Below are positions 1-11,869 of a stretch of 64,000 nucleotides of DNA, in pieces (the first letter of the stretch is position 1; every line of letters starts with the position of its first letter). This stretch comes from Carcharhinus longimanus (taxonomy: Eukaryota): positions 27,842,610-27,906,609 of the forward strand of contig JASCQW010000032.1 in assembly GCA_030264375.1 (NCBI GenBank). The letters run 5' to 3'. Under the pieces are notes generated by a model. That model made no database searches, was not told the origin of the DNA, and worked only from the letters and a program-made list of their open reading frames with translations. The translations under genes and the position numbers were made by a program.

Positions 1-95
1 TGTAGGGATATGGGGGTAAGGCCTGGGTGGGATTGTGTTCGGTGCAGACTCGATGGGCCAAAGGGCCTCTTTCTGCAGTGTAGGGTTCAATGATA
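1..95 (+). mobile_element. 3' tail of HE1-type V-SINE
   Basis: ggtgcagactcgatgggccaaagggcctctttctgcagtgtaggg matches the tail of the many fuller SINE copies in this window. Confidence 0.8.
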
Positions 96-849
96 GATAT
101 AGAAGCATCACAATAGGCATCTGCGCTATCCACCAGCCCAGACACACACACCTTGGTGGGTATGAGCTCCAGTATAGGAAGGGTCTCACGCTCTGGTAGT
201 CACCGCACGGACACGTGTCCGCAGGAGAAGGGGGCAGGATCGGTCGGTACTCAGAGCGCTGGGGAACTCTGAGCACTGTGAGATCAGAGTCCAATGATGG
301 GCCTCTGAAATGAGTCTTCCAACTGATGGCGAAGAGTCAGTAAGAGGCAGGGGAACATCGGGCTGAGACCCTCAACAGGGTGGCGCCTGAGGTGGAGGAG
401 TCCATCTTCCTGCTGGCTGATGAAATGGTGCCAACCTGTGTAGGCATCGAGGTTTCCATGACTAGGAGAACGGATTCCATGGAGAGCTGAGCCCAGACGA
501 TTCTGCCAGAGCTGAGTGCAGACCTGCACTCCACCCTGATAACCAGGGCTGAGTTTCAGCAGTAAGAGGGGATGGGGCACCTCGACCTCCCTGCAGGACC
601 CCCTTTCCATCAGGGTGTTAGGTCAGGGCCCTCAGGCACCCTCGAGGAGAGGAGGAGCAGCATCTGGACAGCCCTGGCACATCCAATCAGGTATCTCAGA
701 GGTTGGCTGGCCCTTTTCTGAATCCCATCTGTCTGTGACCCCGCTGACTTCACCCTCTGTCATCGCAGAGGGAGCAGCCGGCCCACAACAGGACAGCCAA
801 AGGAAGCCGAGCCCTCCAGACCTCAGATCTCCAGAGGATGGCCACCACA

Positions 850-1132
850 GGGGCACAATAGTTAGCACAGCTGCCTCACAGCGCCAGGAACCTGGGTTCA
901 ATCCCTGGCTTGGGTTACTGTCTGTGCAGAGTCTGAACATTCTCCCCATGTCTACATAGGTTTCCTCTGAGTGCTCTGATTTCCTCCCACAGTCCGAAAA
1001 ATGTGCATTGGCCGTGCTAAATCCTTCCTCAATGTACCCCAACAGGTGCCGGAGTGTGGCGACAAGGGTATTTTCACAGTAACTTAATATAAGCCTATTC
1101 GTGACAATAATAAATAAACTTTAAACTTTAAA
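850..1132 (+). mobile_element. V-SINE with alternative tail (type B: ...aagcctattcgtgacaataataaataaacttt)
   Basis: tRNA-like head gttagcacagctgcctcacagcgccagg, B-box gggttcaatccc, (aaacttt)n end; empty site visible in the paralog near 16636. Confidence 0.85.
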
Positions 1133-1230
1133 CAAAGTCATCCAAGGAAACAGGGAATACTACTCGGCAGGCTGCCTCCACCCTTGCTGTGCATGCTGTG
1201 GGGAGCAGAAGCAGGAATAGAGCTTTGGGT

Positions 1231-1493
1231 GACACTCTGTGTGGAGTTTGCATTTTCTGTCCTCCAGATGCTCCAGTTTCTTCCAACAGTTCAAAGGTGT
1301 GCAGGTTAGGTACATTGGCCATGCTGAATTGCCCCTTAGTGTCCCAAGATGTATGTGTTAGGTGGATTAGCAGGGTAAATCTGTGGGTTTACTGCAATAT
1401 ACCATGGGCCTGTGCTCAGTTAAGGTGTTCTGTCGGAAAGTCGGAAAGCCAAGCGGCCTCCTTTTGTACTGTAGAGATCTTATGATTCTATGA
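1231..1493 (+). mobile_element. 5'-truncated HE1-type SINE
   Basis: V-domain ggttaggtacattggccatgctgaattgccccttagtgtcc and terminal tatgattctatga. Confidence 0.8.
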
Positions 1494-3559
1494 ACAGCAA
1501 AAAAAATTAAATCACAGCTGGTCGCTTGGATGAAAGATTGAATGTCACAATCAGAAAACTTTTGGAAATACAATCACTTTCATTTCATTAATGTTTAATT
1601 TCTTGTTTCAGCTGCAGTCCTGTAGGCTTAGCATTCACCCCCACCTCCTGGTCATCTCACCACCCCTCCACGTCCCAGTCCCTTCACCCCACCCGTCCCC
1701 AATGACCCAGCATCAGGAGATTTCCACCATGAGGCTTTGCAAAGTTGCAAGAAGCCCAGCGATGGGGGGAGTAACGTTTCAACATCTTCTCCCTCTCCCA
1801 ACCATAACCATTTCCGCCCCTCCCTCAGTATAGCTTTTAACCTCCCCACCATTACCCTTCAACCCCTCACCACCACCTATGGCAAAGTCCAGATCAATGT
1901 CAGAATCCTCTTCGTCCCTGAGAATCCCACACCTGTAACCATTTGGTTCCCTGTCCTCATCCTGTCCACCCCCTGAAACTGTGTCCACCTCCACTTCTCC
2001 ACTAACAACCCTCAGCACCCTTTCATGCAACATCCTCACACCCTACCAACTCCTTCTGCTCTGTTAACCCTCACTATTCCCTCTTACCACAGCTACTCTC
2101 AGTTTCCACCCCAGAAATCCAGTATCAACTGCACTAACCCCTCCCTGTAAACCCACTCACACCCTTCAGAACTCAACATCCTCTCCACACACTGCCTGCA
2201 ACACACCAAGGCCCATCCCAACCCCCTCTCACCATTCTATCTGACACCTTGAAAGGCCTTTCTGACACCCTCTTTCCCTAACATGTGCCCCCCTCCCCCA
2301 CCCACAGGCCTGAACCACCCCCATACTACCACTTCATTCCTCTCCAGTCCTGATTTAAAATGGCTACTCTCCACAGGCCCTTGTAACAGTGTCCCATGCT
2401 CCCTTTCACCTGCACCTGCAGATACATTTGCAAGGTCCCTGGAGGAAGATCCATTCATTCAGTGAAGTCCCTGGATAAATCCATCGGTGAGGTTGCTGTA
2501 TTAAGAAGAGCCACCGCCTGGAAGCCGCTCCGTGGAGGCGATCCATGTGGTTGAAGCTCTGCTGCATGCAGTGCTCCAGGGTCCAGTAGCTGGGGACCAC
2601 CATCTTCTCCTCGGCTCCCCGCGAGCTGCCCAAGGCCTTCTTAAGGTAAGTCTCGACATTTGCCCACCACGTTGGTCCACGCGTGTTCTGGAGTGGTGCG
2701 ATTTCCTGCTGGCAGGTGGATATGGGGAATGATTCCAGTCAGGCCTTCATCTGGTTGACAGTAGCAACGTGCAAACTGGTTTCACACCTGCCTCTGGTGG
2801 GAATTTTGACCCATCAGGGTGGGCAACAGCAGAAAATCCTGTTGTTATTTCATTACGGCGTGAAAGCAATTCTATACTATCATCAGTTTTGGGAACTGAC
2901 AACACATAAACCCAGAGTACTCAATTTCCAAGCTTCGATAACTTGTGTACCAGTGAGAACACAAAGCAGCGCAAAGTATTGCAGGATGTTCTGCTGATTC
3001 ATACAGAGGAATGTAATACTTATAGTTAATTACAGCAAATGATAAATGAGCAGCTTTCTAATGCTTCATTTTCAGACATATCCACCAATCATAGCATAGC
3101 CTTTCACCCTTTTTTATCCAATAGAAAACTGTCTCTTGTCAATCCTTCATTAGCATAATATATCTTGCTATTTGGTAATTGTCATGGTAACTTGTTCTTT
3201 GTTTATATCCTGTCTCCAAGCCTGGAATGCAGTGTTTATGGAACAAGGTTTTAAGTTTAGTCACTTATCCTGTGTGCGTAAGCGTTGGCCTTACTGAAGG
3301 CTAATAATGATTTTCCGTTAGACAGTTTTTTTTTGACGATTCTGAAATTTTAATTTTCACAAATGTTTGTAACCTAACTTCCATAATATCTCCCATTGAA
3401 TCCTCCCCTGCCTTTACCCATCATGAAACCATCATTAGGGTTGTGGGAGAATTCTACCCCTTATGGACAGAGCAGTTGATATCACAGCTCTCCTTACTAC
3501 AGTGAAACCTGACTGTATATCAGCGACACACAAGAGGGCTCGAGAATCTCCATCGGCAA

Positions 3560-4060
3560 TGCCTCTGTCATATCCTCCAGCTTCAACTAGAAGACCAAAG
3601 TGTCTCTCTTTAATCCAACTCCACAAAAATTCAGGCAAAACGCCTGAAAAATCAACTTTGAATACCATGTCTAGATGGCCAAAAAGCATCCCCCTACCAG
3701 GAATTGTTTATTCAACTTTCAAATGGCCAGCGTTCCAAAAGAGGATAAAGAAAGTGCTTCAAAGACACCTTGAAGCATGGTAAATCTGATGTTTGTGACT
3801 AGAAGGAGATTGCTATCGATCATTCAATATGGTGACAACTTATCCATCAAGGCATCATTTTTTTTTCACAATGTTTGAATGATGAAGAAAGTGGAACAGA
3901 GAAGGAAAAAAAGGAAGCAAATCCTGGACTCCTGATCCTGCTACTTGAAGTATCATTTTGCCAAAGAGCTGTGAGCCCAGAATCAGCCTGTTCGGTCACA
4001 GAAAGACTCAAAGCAGAAACTCATGATGCTAATGAGATGTCATCTTCAAATCGAGGAACA
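3560..4060 (+). mobile_element. RTE-clade LINE 3' remnant
   Basis: Degenerate translation HVSR..ELFIQLSNGQRSKRG*RKCFKDTLK..IAIDHSIW*QLIHQG, then CQR..RISLFGHRKT, resembling the RTE ORF C-terminus and zinc finger. Confidence 0.65.
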
Positions 4061-4170
4061 GCCCCATCGCATCTCCTTTAGAAATTTTATCCTTATGGCC
4101 TCCAACTTCAAAGTCTCACAAACCTTTACAACCTGTTTCTACCTTCTTTCCAAGATCCACAAACAGATTT

Positions 4171-4650
4171 GGGGCAGCGCAGTGGCACAACGGTTAGCAC
4201 TGCAGCTTCACAACTCCAGAGTTCAATTCCAGTCTTGAGTAACTGTCTGTGTAGTGTTTGTACATTCTCCCATGTACGTGTGGGTTTTCTCCAGGTGCTA
4301 CAGTGTTTTTCCACAGAACAANNNNNNNNNNNNNNNNNNNNNNNNNNNNNNNNNNNNNNNNNNNNNNNNNNNNNNNNNNNNNNNNNNNNNNNNNNNNNNN
4401 NNNNNNNNNNNNNNNNNNNNNCCAGGTGCTACAGTGTTTTTCCACAGAACAAAGATATGTATGTTAGGTGGATTGGCCATGCTAAGTTGCCCCTTAGTGT
4501 CTCAAGTTGTGTAGGTTAGATGGATTAGCCATGGAAATGTGTGGAGTTACGGGATGGGGGAAGAGAGCCTGCGTAAGTTATACTTTCAGAGAATCAGTGC
4601 TGGCCTGATGGGCCAAATGGCCTCTTCTGCATTGAAGGGATTCTATGATT
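4171..4650 (+). mobile_element. HE1-type V-SINE spanning a 100-N gap
   Basis: Head ggcagcgcagtggcacaacggttagcactgc, duplicated V-domain unit, tail gggattctatga. Confidence 0.85.
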
Positions 4651-5006
4651 GCCACGATAGATCCATTGTTTCAGCCAGGTCTTGCCCAGGGGACCAATTT
4701 CTTCCTTATTTGATTATTTTTTCTCACCTTGTCCAGTCTCTCTCAACCTATAAATGTGCCTGTGCCAATGTCCTCCATCATTTTAACATTTCTTTGCTTT
4801 GTGGCTCCATAGAACCATAGAATCCCTGCAGCAGAAGGAGGCCGTCCAGCCCATCAAGCCTCAACCGACTGCAAAAGAGCATCTCAGCCAGGCCCGGCAT
4901 TGGAAATGTTGCCACCTTATTGAAAATGTCTTATCCTGTTCATGTGAAGCGCAATTAAAATTTGAGGAAAAAACCATTTTGTGTTTTGACTGGATACTTT
5001 ACAATC

Positions 5007-5358
5007 TGTGGTAGCATTCTCCTTTAAGGGGTGCATTCTGGGGGGACATGTGACCTATTTGGCCAATCAGAGCACACAAACTCTGGGACTGAAGGTTGGT
5101 TTCTCCCTCAGTTGGGATCTAGATTCATGGAATATGGTAGCTTTTATATCACACTCTGTAAGTAGTTATTTTTCCTAATAAACCCATTGGGTGGGATTTT
5201 ACAGCCTTACTTGCCCTGAAACCATAAAATCCTGCCTGAGGTCAATGGACCTTCCCATTGTCTGTCCTTTGCCCACTCTGATTCCCGTGGTAGGTGGGGT
5301 GGTAAAATTCTGGCCATTAGCTTACTTAATGTTTGCCTATCTGTGAAGATACTGTACA
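5007..5358 (+). mobile_element. Possible solo LTR (Gypsy-type) carrying a MITE
   Basis: TG..CA ends, cctttaaggg motif, CCAAT, AATAAA at 5177; no clear TSD. Confidence 0.35.
5189..5315 (+). mobile_element. About 125-bp PIF/Harbinger-type MITE
   Basis: TIRs gggtgggattttac / gtaaaattctggcc, 3-bp flank duplication att; homologs at 35378, 50890 and 58898. Confidence 0.7.
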
Positions 5359-5469
5359 GCCTTTTGAACTCAACATTAGGTTCAAGAATTTCAGGTCATA
5401 ACCTCAGCTCCCATTGTTTTGGACAACAAGTGCTGGCAATATTTCTGTTCTAGATCCACCCTTTGTCTA

Positions 5470-5745
5470 TTTATTTATTCCCCTATCATCCCTTTTGCCT
5501 TGCATCATCAGCCCTTTTGCTATTTAATCTCTTTGTCTGTCCATCCCATTACAGCTCTTCCCTTTCATTTTTCCCCCACTCGTTTCCCTGCTTCTGTGCT
5601 TGATTCAAACCTGTTAGGCCTCAAACCTTTTGTTCACTTCTAACAAAAGGTCACTGACCTGAAATGTTAACTCTGTTTCTTTCTCTCCAAACTCTTCCTG
5701 ACCAGCTGAATTTTCCCAGTGCTTTTTGCTTTGTGATTTGCAACT
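5470..5745 (+). mobile_element. Penelope-derived short repeat (degenerate pLTR/3' end)
   Basis: ggtcactgacctgaaatgttaactctgtttctttctctcca..cctgaccagctga; related copies at 31910, 39940 and 41150. Confidence 0.55.
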
Positions 5746-6884
5746 AGTTCTCACAGAAATGCAATGTTTTTTGTTAGCAAAGGTGCAGTGAGACTAGTAA
5801 ATTTAATATGGGACCAGTGACAGCGACTTTAGATTGAGATGGATCAGTAGATGTTTTAATACGGAGCATCCTTGTTCAATGGTTTAAATCTTTTTCAGAC
5901 AGGCACCTTTGTCTAAAGACAAATACATTTTTAAGTTTCTGTAAGCTTAGTGGACCTTCATTATGCCTTTATTTTGACCAGCTACTCAGATTTTATGTAT
6001 TATCATTCCAAAATCAACATCTGTAGTCTCCAGGATTTTTGCCCTGATTATCATATGTGATGATTCTGCTAAATTACGGCTGAACAAATGTCCAGAGGAT
6101 GTGATATTAGTCGTAGCTTGTCAGACAATTGCTAAAGTATGAATGTTTTTGAAGATAGCAATATCCAAGCTGTATTTTCTTTTATTAATATTTCAGAAGT
6201 AGCTTCTTTCAGTGGCTATGGAAATGTTGCCTTTTGTGGACTATTAAATATCAGATTCGCCTGCTGTTGACAATATAATGGGGCAGAATTTTCTTTTGAA
6301 CTTGGCAATATTGATAAATCATGTGTTTTTTTTACAAAAAGGCAAAAATGTCGAGTAGCAAAACATTTAGTGAAGGTTAAATAAACGGGTAAGGATTATT
6401 TGGTTAGAAGAGAATGAGTGAGTTCTTCCACTGATCAATAAATCTCTCTAGATTATTTCACATTTTCCTACAATTGATTGTGTGGCAGTATTATAATTAT
6501 ATTCAATTATACTAAGGTGCAATATTGTTGATGAACACCAGCCACACTGAACATGGTTAGGTTTCACAGCTGTTATGAATAGATGGATTGCTCTTATTTT
6601 AAATAAAATTCAGGGTAACAGTGTTACTGATGAATTTTATTTGCTAAACTGATATTAAGCATGGTAATTAAAGTAGAAATGTGTTTATTGGTGCCATCTT
6701 AGTTCAGACCAATGTGTTTGTACAACAAGTTAATATACTTGAACTAATGTATTTTTAGATTGTTGGAGCCTACTAATAATATATCTTATTAACAAGAGAT
6801 TTTCACATTCAACTCACGTGTGAAGTACTCTCTTCCAATGTCAGGCAACACTTCATTCAGTGTCTTTGAAGGAAAGGCAAACTG

Positions 6885-7580
6885 GCATAAGCACATGCCT
6901 CCCACATACTCTCACATACTTATCCCCCACACAAGCACTCCATACTTTCTCAAACACGTGACCTACACACTTGTGTGCCCCCCCCACCCCCGCACGCACT
7001 CCATGCGTGCACACCTCGCATACACCCTCTCATGCATCCCACACATTCACATATGCAAACCACACANNNNNNNNNNNNNCCCATCCCACAAAGGAATCCC
7101 CATATGCACACTCCACACATACACCCCCCACACATACACCAAGCATGCACCTACACGTGTACCTCACGCACCCACACAAGCACCCAATATATGTAGCTCT
7201 GACAGCCACTCATATACACTCACCCCACATTCCCATGCATGCACTCCACATGCCCTCGCAAGCACCCATACATGTACTCCTCATACCCATTCCACATGCA
7301 TGCCACACGTGCACACACCATACATGTGGGCCATAGGCATGGGCATTCCAAACAAAAGCATTCTGTGTATCTCAAATGAATACATACCTTGCACATGCAC
7401 CCCACACAATCACCCCAAAATACACATGGAGGTACACACCGACATTCTACACACTTATCCTCCACACATGCACCCCATACCTTCACAAACACATGCCCTA
7501 CATGCATGCACTCCAAGCACATGCATACACAGATTTACAAACACATGCACAAGCACACACACAAATGTCCATCACGCACC
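6885..7580. repeat. Degenerate CA-rich low-complexity tract
   Basis: cacacat/catgcac motifs throughout; source of spurious His/Thr/Pro ORFs. Confidence 0.9.
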
Positions 7581-8482
7581 CAATGAAACAATAATTAGAG
7601 CTGATTTCTTTTCCAGTTACGCGTTTCACTGAGGCAGCCTGCACTGCATATCTGTGATTACTGTGAGAGTGGGATCTTGGCCAAGTCAATTCAAGCTGGG
7701 AACTTAAAATTCAATGTCTTTTCCAATAAAATTTCATAATTGGCCATAAACTACAAAAGGTCAAACCTATATCAGATGGGTAATAGTATAAGGCAACTTA
7801 TCCTGAGGATATATCCTGCTTTCGTCATGCTTTGCACATCCTGCTTTTCCCTGGTTAATACCACCAAGGTAATCAGTTCCACCATATTTAGGAATCGAAA
7901 AGCTTTCTGAAGCTATTAAACAAATCGCAATCTTAAAGCTTCAATTTAATGTTTAAATTACTATCAAATCAACATTCTTGCAGATTCCCAAGTTCACGAG
8001 TATAACGCAGCAAGATATTCATATTCATTATATTTTGTAGGGGGTTAACACCTTATTCTAAAGAGGCATTGGCAGCGGATATATAAATTAGATCTCAAGA
8101 TGCATGCGTCTTAATAATTTCATTTATCAGAAGGATTTAAGCAGGGCCCTACAAAAACATGAATTCCAAGTCTGCAAATTACCACGTTTTTTACATTTCA
8201 TTTTATAAAATATTAATATTAGATGGCTGATTAATTAGTCAAGCTTCAGCTCAGTTGTTGAGTACAAATAATCTTCCATTTCTTCATCATGGACATCAGC
8301 TATCGAGTATTTTTGGATAGGTTTATCCCTTTTGTGTTTTGGAGAAAGCGGTCTTTGACAAGATTCATTTGATTTCAGGTTATGCCATATATGAAACCAT
8401 GTTCAGTTAATGCTACCAGGTAGTAAGATTGGGCTACCCTAGAGAATTCAATAGAATGATAGACTGATACACAGCACAGAGA

Positions 8483-8810
8483 GGAGACATGGTGGCACAG
8501 CGGTTAGCACTGCCGACTCACAGCCCCAGGGACCTGGATTCGATTCCCAGCTTGGGTCACTATGTGTGGAGTTTGTATGTTCTCCCCGTGTCTGTGTGGA
8601 TTTCCTCTGGGTGCTCCAGTTTCCTCCCACAGTCCAAAGATGTGCAGGATAGGTTGATTGCTCCTTCGTGTTCTGGGATGCTTTGGTTAGAGGGATTAGT
8701 GGGGTAACTATGTGAGGTGATGGGGATAGGGCCTGGGTGGGATTGTTGTCAATGCAGACTTGATGGGCCAAATGGCCTCCTTCTGCACTGTAGAGTTTCT
8801 ACGATTCTAG
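8483..8810 (+). mobile_element. HE1-type V-SINE, full length
   Basis: A-box tggcacagcggttagc, B-box gattcgattccc, tail gtttctacgattcta. Confidence 0.9.
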
Positions 8811-8894
8811 GCTATTCTTCCCACTGTGCTCTTTGAAAGTGCTATCTTATTAGTCCCACTCTTCCCCTGTAGAACTATAATTCTTTCCATTTCA

Positions 8895-9735
8895 AATCAG
8901 GAATGTAATGGAATACTCTCCCCTTGCCTGGCTGCATGCAGCTCCATCAACATCCACAAATCTTTATACCATCCGGCAAAAAGCAGCCTACTTGATGGAC
9001 AACTGTTCCACAAACATTCACTTCCTCCACCNNNNNNNNNNNNNNNNNNNNNNNNNNNNNNNNNNNNNNNNNNNNNNNNNNNNNNNNNNNNNNNNNNNNN
9101 NNNNNNNNNNNNNNNNNNNNNNNNNNNNNNNNNNNNNNNNNNNNNNNNNNNNNNNNNNNNNNNNNNNNNNNNNNNNNNNNNNNNNNNNNNNNNNNNNNNN
9201 NNNNNNNNNNNNNNNNNNNNNNNNNNNNNNNNNNNNNNNNNNNNNNNNNNNNNNNNNNNNNNNNNNNNNNNNNNNNNNNNNNNNNNNNNNNNNNNNNNNN
9301 NNNNNNNNNNNNNNNNNNNNNNNNNNNNNNNNNNNNNNNNNNNNNGGTGGGATTGTGTTCGGTGCAGACTCGATGGGCCGAAGGGCCTCTTTCTGCACTG
9401 TAGGGTTCTATGATTCTATGAGGAACTCAATAAGGCTCCTTCAGCAATACCTTCTAAACTAATGACCACTAGCATCTGGAAGGAGAAGGAACGCCACCAC
9501 CTGGAAGTTCCCCTCCAAGCTTCTTACCATCCTGACTTGGAAACTTATCTCTGCTCCTTCACTGTCACTGGGTCAAAATCCCTAAGCTCTCTTCCTAACA
9601 ACACTGTGGATGTTCCTACACCACATGGACTGTAGCAGTTCAAGAGGCCAGCTTCTCAATACCTTCTCAAGGGCAGCTAGAGATGGACACTAAATGTTGG
9701 TCTAGCCAATGACCCCCATCCCATAAAATGTTTTA
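8895..9735 (+). mobile_element. CR1/L2-group LINE 3' end (second family, ZfL3/CR1-4-like) with a SINE tail at 9346-9421
   Basis: Aligns with 27820-28667 and 45620-46140; tail ..gccaatgacccccatcccataaaatg. Confidence 0.7.
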
Positions 9736-10309
9736 TAAAAATATCAAAGGCTCAAATGCTGGAAATTGGGATTAACCTGGATGGTTCACGTTTTTGGCTG
9801 GCACAGATGCAATGGGCCAAGTGGCCTCTTGCTGTGTGGTAAACTTCCTATGCTTCTCTGACTTGTTCAATTCCCCACCCAAAGTTTTTCTTAAATCCTG
9901 CTGCCTTCATCTTTTCAGGTTGAGCACTTTTTAGATGAGAAGTTGCTGCATAAACCAATTTGTCCCCATCTCCCCTTTGGTTATGTTGCCAGTTAGGTTA
10001 AATTCGTATCCTCCAGTTACCAACCCTTTCGCCAAATCCCCACTCATTTTCTTCCCTAACTGTGCAGCATTGGTTTGTTAAGCCTTAACCTTTCGAATAA
10101 TGTGGTGATACTTTCACAGCAAAATAATCCATGTGGCAATCCAGTAATTTATCCTGTGAAGAGAAAAATCAGGTGTTACTCCGTAGTTACTTGAAGCATT
10201 GAATTGTGCAAATTCTGATTCAGAAGCTGGAATAAGTGCCCATATAATCCGAGCGTTGTGAATACAGAGGGTGAATGTGTTCTGTAAAGCGGTGAGAGGG
10301 GCTGGACAA

Positions 10310-10421
10310 ATGGACACAATCTCTACCATTGCTCGTTCTCTCAACGTCTACCCCCTGCTCAATATGAAAGATAGGTCTGTTATACAGCCATTACAACTGA
10401 GAGTGACTCTGACTGGCAGAG
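10310..10421 (+). CDS. Candidate first coding exon MDTISTIARSLNVYPLLNMKDRSVIQPLQLRVTLTGR (phase-1 end)
   Basis: ATG at 10310 (caaATGG) and an in-frame ATG at 10364; open to a strong donor AG|GTGAGT at 10421/10422; unique sequence; phase matches exon 25532. Confidence 0.4.
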
Positions 10422-10431
10422 GTGAGTGAGG

Positions 10432-11130
10432 TGTAAGCTTTAGGTTTGTGTGCTGTTGTGCAAACCTGCATGTTTTAACCACTAACAGTGAGTAAAGACA
10501 CTCAATTGGCTTTACATGTTTAAACACAATTTTCTTTATTTTGTAACCATTAAAATAGTTCTTACTTGCAGCAATGCGTAAACTAAGAACTCACTATCCG
10601 TTACTTAACTAAAGGCTGATTTCCACTTGTATGTGAAACCTGGCCAGGGTTTTTGCCGCATAGATATCAGTTTTCTTCTCCTGAATGTTGTCGTCTTCTG
10701 TGAATGTTAGTCCTGGGTTTTCGCTGAATGTAAATCCTTTGTGTTAGCATTGTATATCCCAAAAGTTCCTTGGCAACCAGCCAATGAATTGAACAGAATC
10801 CAATCGCATCGTTCAATTAGGCCAATTAGATAGAGCCAATACAGAGGCCCAGGACCCTCCAGACTCCGTTATGTTTATGCCTCGCTACACATAACCCAAA
10901 TTCCAATGCCCGTATAAGGAAATACTGGCTCCAAAAAGTCTATAAACAATTTCTTCAGCATTTTAGTTTGGGAACAAGCCCCGACATGATTTAACACCTT
11001 GCGTCATTCAAAAAGTTTCAGGCCAACTTGGCCACAGGGAATCCCGACATACTTAAAAAAATTAACCAAAAATCAGGATTGCTTGATTGAAGATCTTCCA
11101 GCATATTAAAACTTAAATCTCTGCAGGCTA
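10432..11130 (-). mobile_element. Possible solo LTR
   Basis: Minus-strand order of clustered CCAAT boxes (10780-10840), TATA-like site (about 10753), AATAAA (about 10536) and a CA end; right boundary uncertain. Confidence 0.3.
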
Positions 11131-11271
11131 TTTGGCCACTGTACACTGCTCCAGAATTGGTTACACAAATAAACGTGAGTGCATCGTCCCGTATTCGGAT
11201 TGTGGCAAATATCCCTCAGAACCTGTTGGGCTTTCTAAGGTTGGGGGAGTAATGTTCAATTCCTGCCCCTG

Positions 11272-11571
11272 TGGGCAGCATGGTGGCACAGTGATTAGCA
11301 GTGTGCCACCATGCTGCCTCACAGTGCCATGGACCTGGGTTCATTTCCCAGATTGGGTCACTGTATGGAGATTGTAAGTTCTCCCTGTGTCTGCATGGGT
11401 TTCCTCTGGATGCTCCAGTTTCTTCTCACTTTCTGAAAGATGTGCTGGTTAGGTGCATTGACCTGAACAGGCGCCAGAGTGTGGCGATTAGGGGAACTTC
11501 ACAATAACTTCATTGCAGTGTTAACATAAGCCTTACTTGTGACTAATAAATGAACTTATTAACTTTACTTT
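11272..11571 (+). mobile_element. V-SINE type-B tail with an inverted duplication in the head
   Basis: tRNA-like head, tail aacttcattgcagtgttaacataagccttacttgtgactaataaa. Confidence 0.85.
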
Positions 11572-11869
11572 TTGTTGGGCACTAAGCAGCTTCTGAATTT
11601 CACAACATGCACCATTCAGTGCGTGATCCAGGGATCGTGTGGTCTCCTTGTAAACCAATCCCCTGCCCACACCCCAACACCTCATCTTACACAAGGAAGT
11701 TTAAATACCCATAGAAGCCTCTTAGGTGAAGCGCTATTAAAAAAATAAATGCATAATTGTAGTTTCATTCCAAGGTATTCACATTCTTTCCTAAACTGTT
11801 ACACCTTTTCTCACTGGACATACTGGCTGGTGATTCTGCCCCAGTCTCAAAGCCAATGATATGGCTACT

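Larger units (their letters stand above)
190..2842. mobile_element. Degenerate GC-rich interspersed repeat, probably PIF/Harbinger-related, interrupted by two SINEs
   Basis: 284-850, 1133-1210 and 1500-1615 align collinearly with 16095-16855; ends near 2830-2842 in cagaaaatcctg, similar to MITE TIRs elsewhere; superfamily is inferred. Confidence 0.5.

Noticed and set aside
4291-4452. Direct repeats flanking 100-N gaps (also 14817-15072 and 53155-53293)
   Set aside because: Identical sequence on both sides of fixed-size gaps indicates unmerged contig overlaps
6820-7632. 270-aa His/Thr/Pro-rich ORF and overlapping ORFs
   Set aside because: Product of a CA-rich low-complexity tract that is open in several frames and spans Ns
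8483-8570. tRNA genes at A/B-box motifs
   Set aside because: These are SINE heads followed by V-domain and LINE tails, with no complete cloverleaf
10090-10153. Minus-strand mini-exon DKLLDCHMDYFAVKVSPHYSK
   Set aside because: Good acceptor but weak donor (GTTAAG) and no partner exons found on that strand
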